Shown: positions 9,875 through 22,606, counted from the stretch's first letter. The stretch is DNA of 64,000 nt from an uncultured Bacilli bacterium (GCA_934098735.1 CAKOOS010000004.1:6044-70043); one strand, 5' to 3'. The notes: generated from the sequence alone by a model not told the origin. Made by a program: numbers and translations.

Positions 9875-12055
9875 TTAATTATTATATACATCCATCAATG
9901 CATCTTTTAAACTAGTTTTTCGATTAGAAGAATAATTGTTTCCAACAGCACTAACAAATGATTTTACATCTCCAATTATTGTTAAACTTTTTTTGGCTCT
10001 ACTTACACCTGTATAGATTAATTTATTATAAAGCATTTTATAATAACTAGTACTAATTGGCATAATGACATGTTCAAATTCACTACCCTGACTTTTATGG
10101 ATTGTTATAGCATAGGCATGTTTTATTTGTTTTAAATCTTTTTTATCATATTCTACTCTATTACCTTCGTAATCAATTATTACTTTATTTCCATTTATTC
10201 TTTCAATAAAGCCTATGTCCCCATTGAAAACATTGTTGTCTAAGTCATTTACTAACTGAAGAACTTTATCATTTTCTCTATATATAGTATCAATGTAATG
10301 AATTTCAGATTTATTATTAGAGGGAGGATTATAAATATTTTGAAGAATATTATTTAAATTATCTATACCATTTTCGCCTTTATACATCGGTGCTAATATT
10401 TGCATTTTCCGTTCGTCAATATTCTTTTTTAAAGATATATCTATTATTTGCCTTATAGCACTTTTTATTTGACTATTTTCAGCTTTAAAAAAACAATAAT
10501 CATCTTTTTTATTTAAAAACTCTTCACTTAAATCATTGTTTTTTATTTCTTTAGCTAGATATGGTATATAAGAATTTTCACTTTGACGATAAATTTGATT
10601 TAAAGGAACAAAGTTGAAAAAATCACTTGTAATTAAATCATCTAAAACTAATCCTGGACCAACGCTTGGAAGCTGAAAAGTATCTCCGACCAAAATAAGT
10701 TTAACATTAGGACTTATTCCATTTAAAAGAGCATTAAATAAATCAGTATCTATCATACTAACTTCATCCACAATAATTAAACGGTGTGTAGTTTTATTAT
10801 ATTCGTTATAAAAAAAGTCATTACTATCTTTATACCATTTTAAATAACGATGAATTGTAGATGCTGGTAAATGAGTTGAAGATGATAACTTCTTACTAGC
10901 TCTTCCTGTCGGTGCTAAAAGAGCAATCGTTTGAAATATATCTGCTTGAGATAATTTATTTTCTTTAATATATAGCTGAACTATCGCATTTATGATGGTT
11001 GTTTTACCTGTTCCAGGGCCTCCAGATATGATGGTTATATTATTGTTTAAAGCAGTCGTTATGGCTTTTTCTTGATCGAAATTATAGTCAATATTTATTT
11101 TATTTTCTAACTCTTTTAATTTCTCATCTAAATTATAAATCATCTTCGGAGCATAACTATCTATTTTTTTTAAGGTTCTAGCTATATTTTTTTCTTTTAA
11201 ATAATATTTTTGCAAATATATTCTTCGACCATTTATAAATACTTCTTTTTCTTCTTTTAAAGATAGTAAACACTCTTTTAAAACATCTTCACTTAACTCA
11301 ATATTAAATTCTTTTAAAAGTACTTTTTTTATTTCTTCTTCATAATAGAAAGTATCTCCAGCTAAGTTACTTAAAACTTGCATTGCTTCTAGTATGCAGG
11401 CATCAATACGCGTTTTGGTTTTATCTCCATAATTATTGACATAAATATTATCAAGTTTATGAAATTCTATGATTTCTTTTAATTTATAAAAATTATTTTC
11501 TAATATGTTTTCTAGATCATTTTTAAAATGATTATATATTTTAGAGCACTCTTCGATAGAAAAACCTAAATTTTGAAGTTTTAAAATTAAATCACTACTT
11601 TTATTATAATTGATAAGAGAGTTATAGATCTTAGCAGCCCTTATTGATGTTATGCCTTCAATAGATAAAAGATTATCTTTATTTTCTTTTATTATTTCGA
11701 TTGCTTTTTCACCATATTTGTCAACAATTTTTTGAGCTGTCTTTTCCCCACATCCTGATATAAATGAACTAGATAAAAATTCTACAATAGTCTCTTTAGT
11801 TGTAGGCATTTCTATCTCATAATTGTTTACGACATATTGCATACCAAATTTTTCATTTTTCTTGTATTCTCCATATAGTATAACTGGAACATCTATATTT
11901 ACTTCTCTAAATACTCCTGTAATTGTAATGCTTTTATTTATTTTATCTAGCATATTTTTTTCATTAGTTTCTTTAATGCGAAATAAAGCGACTAAATAGC
12001 CACTTTCTTCGTTATAAAATATTGTTTTTTTTATCTTTCCTTTTATATAATTCAT
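9875..12055 (-). CDS. recD2: ATP-dependent RecD-like DNA helicase (RecD2)
   Basis: HhH region, Walker A GGPGTGKTT, UvrD-like helicase motifs and a C-terminal SH3-like domain. Confidence 0.8.
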   Translation of the reverse strand: MNYIKGKIKKTIFYNEESGYLVALFRIKETNEKNMLDKINKSITITGVFREVNIDVPVILYGEYKKNEKFGMQYVVNNYEIEMPTTKETIVEFLSSSFISGCGEKTAQKIVDKYGEKAIEIIKENKDNLLSIEGITSIRAAKIYNSLINYNKSSDLILKLQNLGFSIEECSKIYNHFKNDLENILENNFYKLKEIIEFHKLDNIYVNNYGDKTKTRIDACILEAMQVLSNLAGDTFYYEEEIKKVLLKEFNIELSEDVLKECLLSLKEEKEVFINGRRIYLQKYYLKEKNIARTLKKIDSYAPKMIYNLDEKLKELENKINIDYNFDQEKAITTALNNNITIISGGPGTGKTTIINAIVQLYIKENKLSQADIFQTIALLAPTGRASKKLSSSTHLPASTIHRYLKWYKDSNDFFYNEYNKTTHRLIIVDEVSMIDTDLFNALLNGISPNVKLILVGDTFQLPSVGPGLVLDDLITSDFFNFVPLNQIYRQSENSYIPYLAKEIKNNDLSEEFLNKKDDYCFFKAENSQIKSAIRQIIDISLKKNIDERKMQILAPMYKGENGIDNLNNILQNIYNPPSNNKSEIHYIDTIYRENDKVLQLVNDLDNNVFNGDIGFIERINGNKVIIDYEGNRVEYDKKDLKQIKHAYAITIHKSQGSEFEHVIMPISTSYYKMLYNKLIYTGVSRAKKSLTIIGDVKSFVSAVGNNYSSNRKTSLKDALMDVYNN

Positions 12056-13284
12056 AATATCCTGCTATAAATTTGGCCTATTTCAAGATTCTCAGAAACT
12101 TCCATTTTAATGTAGTTACTGGTATGACCAATACTGATATTATTATTACACTCTTCAACTAAAATATCAAGTGATTTACCTTTAAATTTATCTATATAAT
12201 TTTTTTCTAATTTATTACTTAATTCGATTAATTTTCTTACTCTATTTTTCTTAATTTCTGCTGGAACTTGATGATCCATTTGAGCTGCTGCTGTACCTTC
12301 TCTTAAAGAATAAGGAAAAACATGTATTTTACTAAATTCCATTTTTTCTGAAAATTTTAAACATTCAGCAAATAATTCATCTGTTTCATAAGGAAAACCT
12401 ACGATAATGTCAGTTGATATTGAAATGTCTGGTCTAATATTTCTAATTTCTTTTATTTTATTTTCATAAAACTCTAAATCATATTTGCGATTCATTCTCT
12501 TTAATATTTCATTTGATCCAGCTTGAAGAGGAATATGTAAGTGATCACATACTTTAGGATTTTCTTTTAGCATATTTAAAAACTTATCATTTAATTCAGT
12601 TATTTCAATACTAGATATTCTAATTCTTTTAATTTTTTCTATTTTACTTAAAGCATTTATTAAATCCGTTAGGTCATGATTATCACTTTCATATCTGCCA
12701 GTGTGAATACCAGTTAAAACTATTTCTTTATGATTCTTTTCAGCTAAAATTTTAGCTTCATTTATTACTTCAGCAAATTTTTTAGAACGGACACTACCCC
12801 TTACAAATGGAATAATACAATAAGAGCAAAAATTGTCACAACCATCTTCAATTTTAATAAATGCTCGAACATGATTATAATTATTTATCATCATATCTTC
12901 AAATTCTAAGTTTCTTTCATTATAAAATTTAATGACATGTTTTTCTGTTTGTAAAAATTCTTTTATATAATCAGCTATTTTACTTTTATCTTTATTTCCG
13001 ATTAAAATATCGGCATCTAATTTTTCATATATCTCTTGTTTATTCTGAGAACTACATCCTGTTATAGCTAACACTTTTTCAGGATATTCTCTCTTTATTT
13101 TTCTTATAGTCTTTAAACACTTTTTATCTGCTACATTTGTTACAGAACATGTATTTACTATTATTATATCGGCTTTGTCTAAATTTTCTTCAAACAAAAA
13201 ACTTGATGAAAGCATTTTTTCTTTCATCATATTTGATTCATATTGATTAACTTTACAGCCAAATGTTAAAATGTTAAATTTCAT
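12052..13284 (-). CDS. mtaB: MiaB-like radical SAM methylthiotransferase, MtaB type
   Basis: MTTase N domain, radical SAM CxxxCxxC (CDNFCSYC) and a TRAM-like C-terminus. Confidence 0.7.
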   Translation of the reverse strand: MKFNILTFGCKVNQYESNMMKEKMLSSSFLFEENLDKADIIIVNTCSVTNVADKKCLKTIRKIKREYPEKVLAITGCSSQNKQEIYEKLDADILIGNKDKSKIADYIKEFLQTEKHVIKFYNERNLEFEDMMINNYNHVRAFIKIEDGCDNFCSYCIIPFVRGSVRSKKFAEVINEAKILAEKNHKEIVLTGIHTGRYESDNHDLTDLINALSKIEKIKRIRISSIEITELNDKFLNMLKENPKVCDHLHIPLQAGSNEILKRMNRKYDLEFYENKIKEIRNIRPDISISTDIIVGFPYETDELFAECLKFSEKMEFSKIHVFPYSLREGTAAAQMDHQVPAEIKKNRVRKLIELSNKLEKNYIDKFKGKSLDILVEECNNNISIGHTSNYIKMEVSENLEIGQIYSRIL

Positions 13285-13287
13285 AAC

Positions 13288-13785
13288 CTACCCCAGTTCT
13301 TTTTGTAGTTGTTTTAATGCTTCTAAAAAGGCTTCTTCTTTAGCAAAACTAATAACTCTAACTTCAATTGATGGTGTATCAACACTACTTTTACTTACTA
13401 AATTTTCTAAATCTACTTTTTTTACTAATAAATCATCATGCATTTCTTCTTTTTCATAATTTAATGCATAGTTAGTATTTTTATGTAATAATTCATCATA
13501 ACTTATTATTGCTTTATCTTCTTGATCTTTTTCATAATTAGTAAAATTTATTGTTGGCTCACTTTTCTTCATATTTTCCTTTAATTCCTTTACTATCTTC
13601 ATTTCGGCGGTTTCTTCAAGATGTTTATTATCTTTTAGCTCATTTTTGTTTATATTTATAAAATATATTAATGTAATTACTAAAATCATCAGGATCAGCA
13701 CTGCAAAGAAAAATACTATATCCACAAATCTTAAAGCCATTATAAAGCTCCATATATCATTTAAAATTTTCATTATTACCACCAC
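13288..13785 (-). CDS. Hypothetical membrane protein
   Basis: N-terminal transmembrane segments. No recognisable domain. Confidence 0.3.
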   Translation of the reverse strand: MVVIMKILNDIWSFIMALRFVDIVFFFAVLILMILVITLIYFININKNELKDNKHLEETAEMKIVKELKENMKKSEPTINFTNYEKDQEDKAIISYDELLHKNTNYALNYEKEEMHDDLLVKKVDLENLVSKSSVDTPSIEVRVISFAKEEAFLEALKQLQKELG

Positions 13786-13933
13786 AATAATATTTTACCA
13801 TTTTATTATTTAAGAATTAAGCCTTAAATGTAAATTTGACACAAGCAAATGTCAAATATTGACATTATTATATCATTACTTATTTTAAAAGTCAAAGAAA
13901 TTCTTATAGAAATAAAGACACTAAGGCGTGTCT

Positions 13934-15151
13934 TTATTGATTAATTATTATTTGATATGGATCATCTATGGTTCCTGTTCCAGTTACTCTTGCCGTTTTA
14001 ATTATATTTATAACTGGCCTAATACCTCTAAGTAGACTTCCAGAAACTTCTGTTAAAAGTGCTCCATTTGTATCAACAACAAATGGTCTATATGTATCAC
14101 TAATAGTTGAACTTGTCATCGTATAATAGGCAGTTTTAATATTTTCATTATATAAATAATAATTTTTATTTTCATTGGTACTTCCACCTGCTAGCATTAC
14201 TTCATCTGCAGTTAGTAATCCTATTTTAGCATTTGATGAATTTCCTAAACAGACAAATGTTGGAATATTATTAGTTATAATACGACTATAAGCAATGTAC
14301 GTAGATGAATTATTTTCAAATACTGTATCATTACAGAATTTATAATATGCTATATAACTACTATAACTATTTAAATTATTGTTATACCAAGCATTTAATT
14401 TTTGATCAATCGGAGAATCTACAAAATCTGTAGCTATATCATAGTATTTAGAAATTTCTTCTAAAATATTATTTAAGACAAGTTTTATAGAGCCATCTCC
14501 ATTTATTTTTACTATTTTCCAATAATTATCTGCAAAATAAACATTGTTATTCGTTACAGCGCCACGAAAATAATAGGCTATACCTAAGTCATCTTCTGTT
14601 TTGAATAATCCTTCATTTAATACTGCTGATGTACCAATTTGAGTAAGGGGCGAATCGCTAACATTATTGTTGGCTAAGATGACATCCGAAAAGGTATTTT
14701 CTTCATTTGTTTTTAAACCAACTTGAATTGTACCAGAGTATGTATCATTTCCTTTATTAGTAAATTTTAAGGTATAATTAACTGTTTCATTTCCATTAAT
14801 AATAATTTGGTTTGAAATAATATCTGACTTTAAATCATTAGATATATCTAAGTTATTTGATGATTTTAATTCATACGAAACATCTTTAGCGGAAACATTT
14901 GTAAATGATATATAGTAATATTTTTGACTATCATCATTATTAGTAACTGAAAATTCTACTTCATTATCTTTATTAGATTTAAAATTTTTGCCACTTAAGT
15001 AATTTATTGTAATTTCTCCGTCCACTACGATGTCTGAGTCAGCGCTTAGTTCATTATAAAACATATAACCGATCCCAATAGCAAAACAGAAAATAATTAA
15101 TATTAATATGATTCCTAACATTGATTTAAATCTTAATCTCATCGGTACCAT
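13934..15151 (-). CDS. Signal-anchored extracellular protein, paralogous to 25571..27079. They share the C-terminal motif RPVxxxxxxxxxGxGTxxDPYxI.
   Basis: N-terminal transmembrane anchor. Asn/Ser/Thr-rich, beta-rich sequence. Confidence 0.35.
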   Translation of the reverse strand: MVPMRLRFKSMLGIILILIIFCFAIGIGYMFYNELSADSDIVVDGEITINYLSGKNFKSNKDNEVEFSVTNNDDSQKYYYISFTNVSAKDVSYELKSSNNLDISNDLKSDIISNQIIINGNETVNYTLKFTNKGNDTYSGTIQVGLKTNEENTFSDVILANNNVSDSPLTQIGTSAVLNEGLFKTEDDLGIAYYFRGAVTNNNVYFADNYWKIVKINGDGSIKLVLNNILEEISKYYDIATDFVDSPIDQKLNAWYNNNLNSYSSYIAYYKFCNDTVFENNSSTYIAYSRIITNNIPTFVCLGNSSNAKIGLLTADEVMLAGGSTNENKNYYLYNENIKTAYYTMTSSTISDTYRPFVVDTNGALLTEVSGSLLRGIRPVINIIKTARVTGTGTIDDPYQIIINQ

Positions 15152-15242
15152 TCCTTTTATTTTTCTTATATAAATTATACTTTAGTATATTTTCTTTGTC
15201 AATATTGCCATAGGAAATTGCCCAAGAAAAAAAGAATTGGCA

Positions 15243-16376
15243 TCAATTCTCTTTCAAATATTTCTTAAAGTTTTTAAATTCTGGTGCATCTTCAAGGTCT
15301 GTTTCTGATAAATCTTGTAGTAAACTTTTTTGTTTACGATCTAATTTTGTAGGTGTAATAATATTAATTACTGCATACATATTACCTTTTCCTAAACTAT
15401 TCGGAGTTTTAATTCCTTTGCCTTTTATTTTAAGCTTAGTATAGTTTTGAGTTCCTGCTTTTATTTCTAACACTATATTTCCATATAATGTTGGTATTTC
15501 TTTTTTGCATCCTAAAGCTGCATCTGTTATTGTGATTGGAACTTCTAAATAGATATCTGATCCATCTCTTTCAAATAATGGATGCTCTTTTATCTTAAAT
15601 TCTAAGAAAACATCTCCATTTGGGCCACCATTTAATCCAGCATTTCCTTTGCCACTTAAACGTAGTTGATACCCTTCATCTACACCTTCAGGAATTGTAA
15701 CTGTTAGAGTTTTTACTTTTTCTACTATTCCTTTTCCATGACATTCAGAACATTCTGTTTCATAACTTTTACCTAAGCCTCGACATGTTGGACAAGTTTT
15801 TTGAGTTTGCATATAGCCAAATATAGTTTGTTGTTGTTCTAAAACTTTTCCAGCTCCACCACAAGTTTTACAAGTTTTTTCATTAAATCCTCCTTTACCA
15901 TTACATTTTGAGCATGTACTTGTTAAATTTAATTTAATGTCTTTTTCACATCCAAAAGCAGCTTCTTCAAAAGTAAGATTCAAAACAACACGTATGTCTT
16001 TTCCTTTAGAACTTCTACTCGATGATCTTCCTCGTTGTCCAAATCCTGAAAAGCCTGAGAATCCTCCTCCAAAAAGATCACTTAAGATATCATCTAAATT
16101 AATATCTCCCATATCAAAACCACTAAAGCCACTGTTAGAGTTTCCTCCTCCATTTTGGAAAGCAGCATGTCCAAATTGGTCATATTGTCTTCTTTTAGTT
16201 TGATCAGATAAAACTGAATAAGCTTCTCCTATTTCTTTAAATTTTTCTTCTGCTCCAGGATCTTTATTTAAGTCTGGGTGATATTGTTTAGCCAGTTTAC
16301 GAAATGCTCTTTTTATTTCTTCATCTGTGGCAGTTTTACTAACTCCCAAGACTTCATAATAATCTTTTTTATTCAT
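15243..16376 (-). CDS. dnaJ: Molecular chaperone DnaJ
   Basis: J domain with HPD, a G/F region and four CxxCxGxG zinc fingers. Confidence 0.9.
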   Translation of the reverse strand: MNKKDYYEVLGVSKTATDEEIKRAFRKLAKQYHPDLNKDPGAEEKFKEIGEAYSVLSDQTKRRQYDQFGHAAFQNGGGNSNSGFSGFDMGDINLDDILSDLFGGGFSGFSGFGQRGRSSSRSSKGKDIRVVLNLTFEEAAFGCEKDIKLNLTSTCSKCNGKGGFNEKTCKTCGGAGKVLEQQQTIFGYMQTQKTCPTCRGLGKSYETECSECHGKGIVEKVKTLTVTIPEGVDEGYQLRLSGKGNAGLNGGPNGDVFLEFKIKEHPLFERDGSDIYLEVPITITDAALGCKKEIPTLYGNIVLEIKAGTQNYTKLKIKGKGIKTPNSLGKGNMYAVINIITPTKLDRKQKSLLQDLSETDLEDAPEFKNFKKYLKEN

Positions 16377-16379
16377 TTT

Positions 16380-17654
16380 TTACTCCTTTCCAGCAATAGT
16401 AATATTATCTAGTAAAAGTGATGGCGTGCTAACGCTTAAACTAAATTTAGATAAATCACTACCTACTTCCAATATATTTGTAAATACTTCGAAAAAGTTT
16501 GTTGATAAAATAATCATATTTAATCCTTTAGTAATTTTACCATTTTCAACTAACAATCCCTCTGCTTGGACAGATATATTTCCAGTCTTTTTATCTACTC
16601 CAGCATGAAAGCCAAAAGCTTCATCAATTATTATACCATTATTTAGCATGCTAACTAGTTCTGAAAAAGATTTGTTGCCCTTTTCAATATATAAATTATT
16701 TACTCCATCTGCATTACCCGTTGCTTCTTTATTTAACTTTATGGCATATTCAATGTTATTTATTTCTTTTACAAATACACCCTTATCTACTAAAGTTTGT
16801 TTCTTTTTCAAAGTCCCTTCACTATCAAAATTAGAATTTAAAATACCACTTGGTGAATCTTCTAAAATGCTTATTTTATCACTAAATATTTTACTTTTTA
16901 ATCTGCCAGTTAAAACTGATTCATTTAAGTAAATACCTTTACTTTGAAAAGAACTTGCAAACGTTGATAAAATACTAGCTACAACATTATTTGTAAGTAA
17001 CACTTTATATTTATTAGTGGCAACTGATGTACTATCTAGTTTAATTAGTAAATATTCTAGTTTTTCAAGTAAATATTCTTTTGCTTCTTCAAAATTATAT
17101 TCTTTAGTATAATAGCTAATATATAATACTCTAGTTAAATTATTTTTCTCAACAGTAACTGAAACTCCATAATAATTTAGGTATGTTTCATCTTCCATAT
17201 CACAATCATTTAAGGCATTAGATATATATTTACCGATTTCAGCATGAGAAAAGTCGGCTTCAACAGTTTTAATACAAGAATATTTATCTTTTAAATCATA
17301 TAGTGATAATAAATCTTCTTTAACTTTATTATAATCTATCTTTTCATATTTTTTCACTTTATTTTTGATATTACCAGAACATAATTTATTATTATTTTTA
17401 TTATCACTTGTATTAAATATTTCTTCTAAAGCATTAATAATTTCATTTGTATTTTTAATACTTTCTGTAACTAATTTAACACATTTATTATTTTTTATGG
17501 CTTTAATAATATAGCTTGTAACATTACTTATTTGAAATAATTTAATTTTATCATTTAATGTACTTATCTCAGTTGAATTATTTTTTTCTTTATAAATTTC
17601 AATATCAATATTGTGCTTTTTTCCAAGATCAATTAATTTATTCACTTTTTTCAC
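16380..17654 (-). CDS. pmbA: TldD/PmbA family metalloprotease subunit (PmbA/TldE-like)
   Basis: Architecture of a TldD/PmbA family partner. It overlaps the upstream tldD gene by 17 nt. Confidence 0.65.
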   Translation of the reverse strand: MKKVNKLIDLGKKHNIDIEIYKEKNNSTEISTLNDKIKLFQISNVTSYIIKAIKNNKCVKLVTESIKNTNEIINALEEIFNTSDNKNNNKLCSGNIKNKVKKYEKIDYNKVKEDLLSLYDLKDKYSCIKTVEADFSHAEIGKYISNALNDCDMEDETYLNYYGVSVTVEKNNLTRVLYISYYTKEYNFEEAKEYLLEKLEYLLIKLDSTSVATNKYKVLLTNNVVASILSTFASSFQSKGIYLNESVLTGRLKSKIFSDKISILEDSPSGILNSNFDSEGTLKKKQTLVDKGVFVKEINNIEYAIKLNKEATGNADGVNNLYIEKGNKSFSELVSMLNNGIIIDEAFGFHAGVDKKTGNISVQAEGLLVENGKITKGLNMIILSTNFFEVFTNILEVGSDLSKFSLSVSTPSLLLDNITIAGKE

Positions 17655-19011
17655 CTCCGATGAGTATATGACTTACCTTTATACGTGGCATTCCTACATT
17701 AACTGGAACATAGCCACTTATTGAACCACACATTCCTTGGCCAAGTGCTAAATTGTCTCCGACCATTTCAACACTTTGTAAAATATCTTTGCAATTGCCA
17801 ATTAGGCTTGCAGATTTAACACATTCAGCTATTTTTCCATCACGTATCATATAGGCTAAATCACAAGCAAAGTTAAAATCTCCAGTTTCTGGTGATACTG
17901 ATCCTCCGCCCATTTTCTTAGCATAAAGTCCTAGCTTAATACCTTTAATCATATCTTCAAAAGAATCTTGACCCTTTTCAAGATAAGTATTATTCATTCT
18001 AGAAGTCGGAGCGTATAAATAACTTTCTCTTCGAGAACTTCCTGTTTCCTTCATCATCATTTTTCGGTTATTTATTTCATCAATTAAGTATCCTTTTAAA
18101 ATACCATTTTCAATTAATATATTTCTTTTTGTTTCTCTTCCTTCATCATCTATTTTACTTGAACCCCATTCATTATTTAAAGTTCCATCATCAATGATGC
18201 TGACTTTTTCATTAGCAATTTTATTTCCTAAATCATGACTTAAGACTGATATACCATCTGCAACTGATGTTGCTTCCATTGCATGGCCACAAGCTTCATG
18301 AAATATGACTCCGCCAAAACCATTTTCTATAATTACTGGCATTTCGCCACCTAGACATGGGGCTGCATATAATTTGTCTATCCCTTCTTTTATAAGTTCA
18401 TTAATTACATCATCAAACTTTATTTCATCAAGTAAATCAAGACCAATCGTTTTACCAAAAGAATAAGAAATATTACATGCCTTTTCATTATCTTTAAAGC
18501 TAATTATAATATAAAGTCTAGTTCTTTCTCTTTCCTCACTTTTATATAAACCATTTTCACGAGCTATAGTTACATCTTGTTTAACATTTTGAAGTGTAAA
18601 ATTAACTTGATTTATTCTCTCATCTTTAGCTCTAATCATATTATCTAAATTGTGAAATAAATCTTTTATATTTTCATTTGTGTAATGAGTTTTATTATTA
18701 TTTTTGTATTTTTTTAGTCTATTCAAAGTAATATTTTTATACTGAATGTCATCATTTATATTATATTTTAATTCATCTATGATATTATCAATGTTTTTCT
18801 TACTAAAATCATTTGTAGAAGCATAATAAATATTATTATTTTTAGCTAATCTTAATCCAAGACCGTTTGAAAAATTTACATTATAGTCATCTAGATTATT
18901 ATCAATATAATTAAAGATGGTAGTCTTTTTGTCTTCAATAAATATTTCTGCAAAATCACCACCAGTAGATAGCATTTTATTTAACATACTTTCTAAACTA
19001 TTTTTTTTCAT
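17638..19011 (-). CDS. tldD: TldD family metalloprotease (HEACGH motif)
   Basis: HExxxH (HEACGHAME) zinc-binding motif and a GxC-rich C-terminus. Confidence 0.7.
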   Translation of the reverse strand: MKKNSLESMLNKMLSTGGDFAEIFIEDKKTTIFNYIDNNLDDYNVNFSNGLGLRLAKNNNIYYASTNDFSKKNIDNIIDELKYNINDDIQYKNITLNRLKKYKNNNKTHYTNENIKDLFHNLDNMIRAKDERINQVNFTLQNVKQDVTIARENGLYKSEERERTRLYIIISFKDNEKACNISYSFGKTIGLDLLDEIKFDDVINELIKEGIDKLYAAPCLGGEMPVIIENGFGGVIFHEACGHAMEATSVADGISVLSHDLGNKIANEKVSIIDDGTLNNEWGSSKIDDEGRETKRNILIENGILKGYLIDEINNRKMMMKETGSSRRESYLYAPTSRMNNTYLEKGQDSFEDMIKGIKLGLYAKKMGGGSVSPETGDFNFACDLAYMIRDGKIAECVKSASLIGNCKDILQSVEMVGDNLALGQGMCGSISGYVPVNVGMPRIKVSHILIGGEKSE

Positions 19012-19071
19012 ATTTCTCCTTTAATTGGTAAAAAGAGAGTTAAAACGCTCTCTTTTATCTTTATATTTTAA

Positions 19072-20895
<1,824 letters not shown>

Positions 20896-20925
20896 TCATT
20901 CCTTTCTTTTTTATATAGAGTAATA

Positions 20926-21462
20926 TTATTCATTTACTTTTACCATAGCTACTCTTATAACTTTATCTTTATAAGTGTAACCTTTTTGAAGTACTTCTAT
21001 AACTACTCCAGCTGGTAAATTTTTATCACTATCGGTTAAAACTGCTTCCATTTTATTTGGATCAAATTCTAACCCTTTACAATCTATTTCTTTAACATCA
21101 AGTTCATTTAAAATGCTTAACAAATTAGTATATATCATTTTAAATCCACTCAAGAACTTAGAAAGTTCATCAGTTAAATCACGATCATCTAAGCTAATTG
21201 CTCTTTCAAAATTATCTACGATAGGCAAAATTCTATTTATTAATTTTTCTCCATCGTATTTGCAAAGTCTAGCTATCTCATCTTCATTACGGCGTTTTAT
21301 ATTTTGCATTTCTGCAGCTAAACGTAATACTTTTTCTTGTAACTTAGCATTTTCTTCTTGCAATGTCTTTAGCTTTGTATCTTCATGTTTTACTTTTGGA
21401 TTATTTTTTTTCTTAACATTTTTTACTTTTTGTTTTCCTTTTATTTCTTTATTATTTTCCAT
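20926..21462 (-). CDS. grpE: Nucleotide exchange factor GrpE
   Basis: Coiled-coil N-terminus and the GrpE C-terminal beta domain. Confidence 0.9.
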   Translation of the reverse strand: MENNKEIKGKQKVKNVKKKNNPKVKHEDTKLKTLQEENAKLQEKVLRLAAEMQNIKRRNEDEIARLCKYDGEKLINRILPIVDNFERAISLDDRDLTDELSKFLSGFKMIYTNLLSILNELDVKEIDCKGLEFDPNKMEAVLTDSDKNLPAGVVIEVLQKGYTYKDKVIRVAMVKVNE

Positions 21463-21464
21463 TA

Positions 21465-22478
21465 CTAATCCTTTCTACTATCAATTTCATCATCAATATA
21501 CTCAAGCATACCAACAATTCTTTGATAATCCATTCTCTTAGGCCCTATTACAGCAATAGTTCCTTCTTCACCATTAATATGATATTTTTTTCTAATAATT
21601 GTAACATTAGAATCAAATTCATTTTCTTCACCTATATAAACTTTAATTTCATCTCCATCATTTTCTGAATCTTCTTCAAGTTTATCTGTTATAAATTCCT
21701 TATCTTCTAATTTATTTGCTAGTCTTTTTAGTTCATTGATATTATTATATTCAGGCTGTTCAAATATTTTAGTTTTGCCCATAATATGAATATTACTATT
21801 ATTATTTATAAAATCATTAAAAGCGTCATAGAAAATATTATATACTGTTTCATACTGATGAATTTGATTTCTTATAATTGGTTTTACCTCTAATTCTAGG
21901 CGTTTACCTACATCATTTATAGGTGTTCCAACAAGCATTTTATTAATAATTTCACTCGTTTTAATTACTTCATTTATATTAATTGTATTTGGTAAATTGA
22001 ACATTTTATTTTCAACATTACCCTTATCAGTACACACCACTGCTACCACTTGATTGTTGCCTAAATCTATAATATTTATTTGAAGTAAATTATTATCTAC
22101 ACTGTTTTTCCCAAGTACAACACTAGTATAATTGGTAATATCACTTATTATATCCATACATTCATTAATGGCATCGCTTAGTTTTACTTCAGTATTTGCA
22201 AATATTTTCTGAAGCTTAAGCATATCTTTTCCAGTAAGCTTTTCAGGTTCCATTAAATTTTTCACATAATATTTATAACCTGCTTCACTTGGAACACGTC
22301 CCGAAGATATATGATTTTTTTCTAAAAGTCCCATATCTTCTAGAATAGCCATTTCATTTCTAATCGTTGCACTTGAACAGTTAAATTTGTCGCACAAAGC
22401 CTTTGAACCAACTGGTTTAACCGTTTTTATGTATGTTTCAACAATTTCTTTCAAGAGATTATTTTTACGTTCATCCAT
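21465..22478 (-). CDS. hrcA: Heat-inducible transcription repressor HrcA
   Basis: Winged helix-turn-helix N-terminus and HrcA C-terminal domain. It is the first gene of the dnaK operon. Confidence 0.85.
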   Translation of the reverse strand: MDERKNNLLKEIVETYIKTVKPVGSKALCDKFNCSSATIRNEMAILEDMGLLEKNHISSGRVPSEAGYKYYVKNLMEPEKLTGKDMLKLQKIFANTEVKLSDAINECMDIISDITNYTSVVLGKNSVDNNLLQINIIDLGNNQVVAVVCTDKGNVENKMFNLPNTININEVIKTSEIINKMLVGTPINDVGKRLELEVKPIIRNQIHQYETVYNIFYDAFNDFINNNSNIHIMGKTKIFEQPEYNNINELKRLANKLEDKEFITDKLEEDSENDGDEIKVYIGEENEFDSNVTIIRKKYHINGEEGTIAVIGPKRMDYQRIVGMLEYIDDEIDSRKD

Positions 22479-22492
22479 AACTTTACCTCTAT

Positions 22493-22552
22493 TAGCACTT
22501 CTTCTTCTCTAGTGCTAATAACATTATAATATTATGCTTAGCACTTGTCAAT
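22493..22552 (-). promoter_or_regulatory. hrcA promoter (-35 TTGACA at 22547-22552, 17-nt spacer, -10 TATAAT at 22524-22529) with a CIRCE operator TTAGCACT-N10-TAGTGCTAA at 22493-22519
   Basis: The inverted repeat matches the CIRCE consensus TTAGCACTC-N9-GAGTGCTAA and lies right after the -10 element, upstream of the hrcA ATG. Confidence 0.75.
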
Positions 22553-22577
22553 ATATAACTGCTAATTTTTTAAATAT

Positions 22578-22606
22578 TTGACACAAACATATTTTTGTGC
22601 TATTAT
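22578..22606 (+). promoter_or_regulatory. Promoter for the plus-strand gene at 22634 (TTGACA, 17-nt spacer, TATTAT), followed by a strong AAGGGGG Shine-Dalgarno
   Basis: Read from the sequence. Confidence 0.4.

Noticed and set aside
22531-22550. Second CIRCE element upstream of hrcA
   Set aside because: Only a single half-site-like GCTTAGCACTTG is present, with no matching inverted partner.
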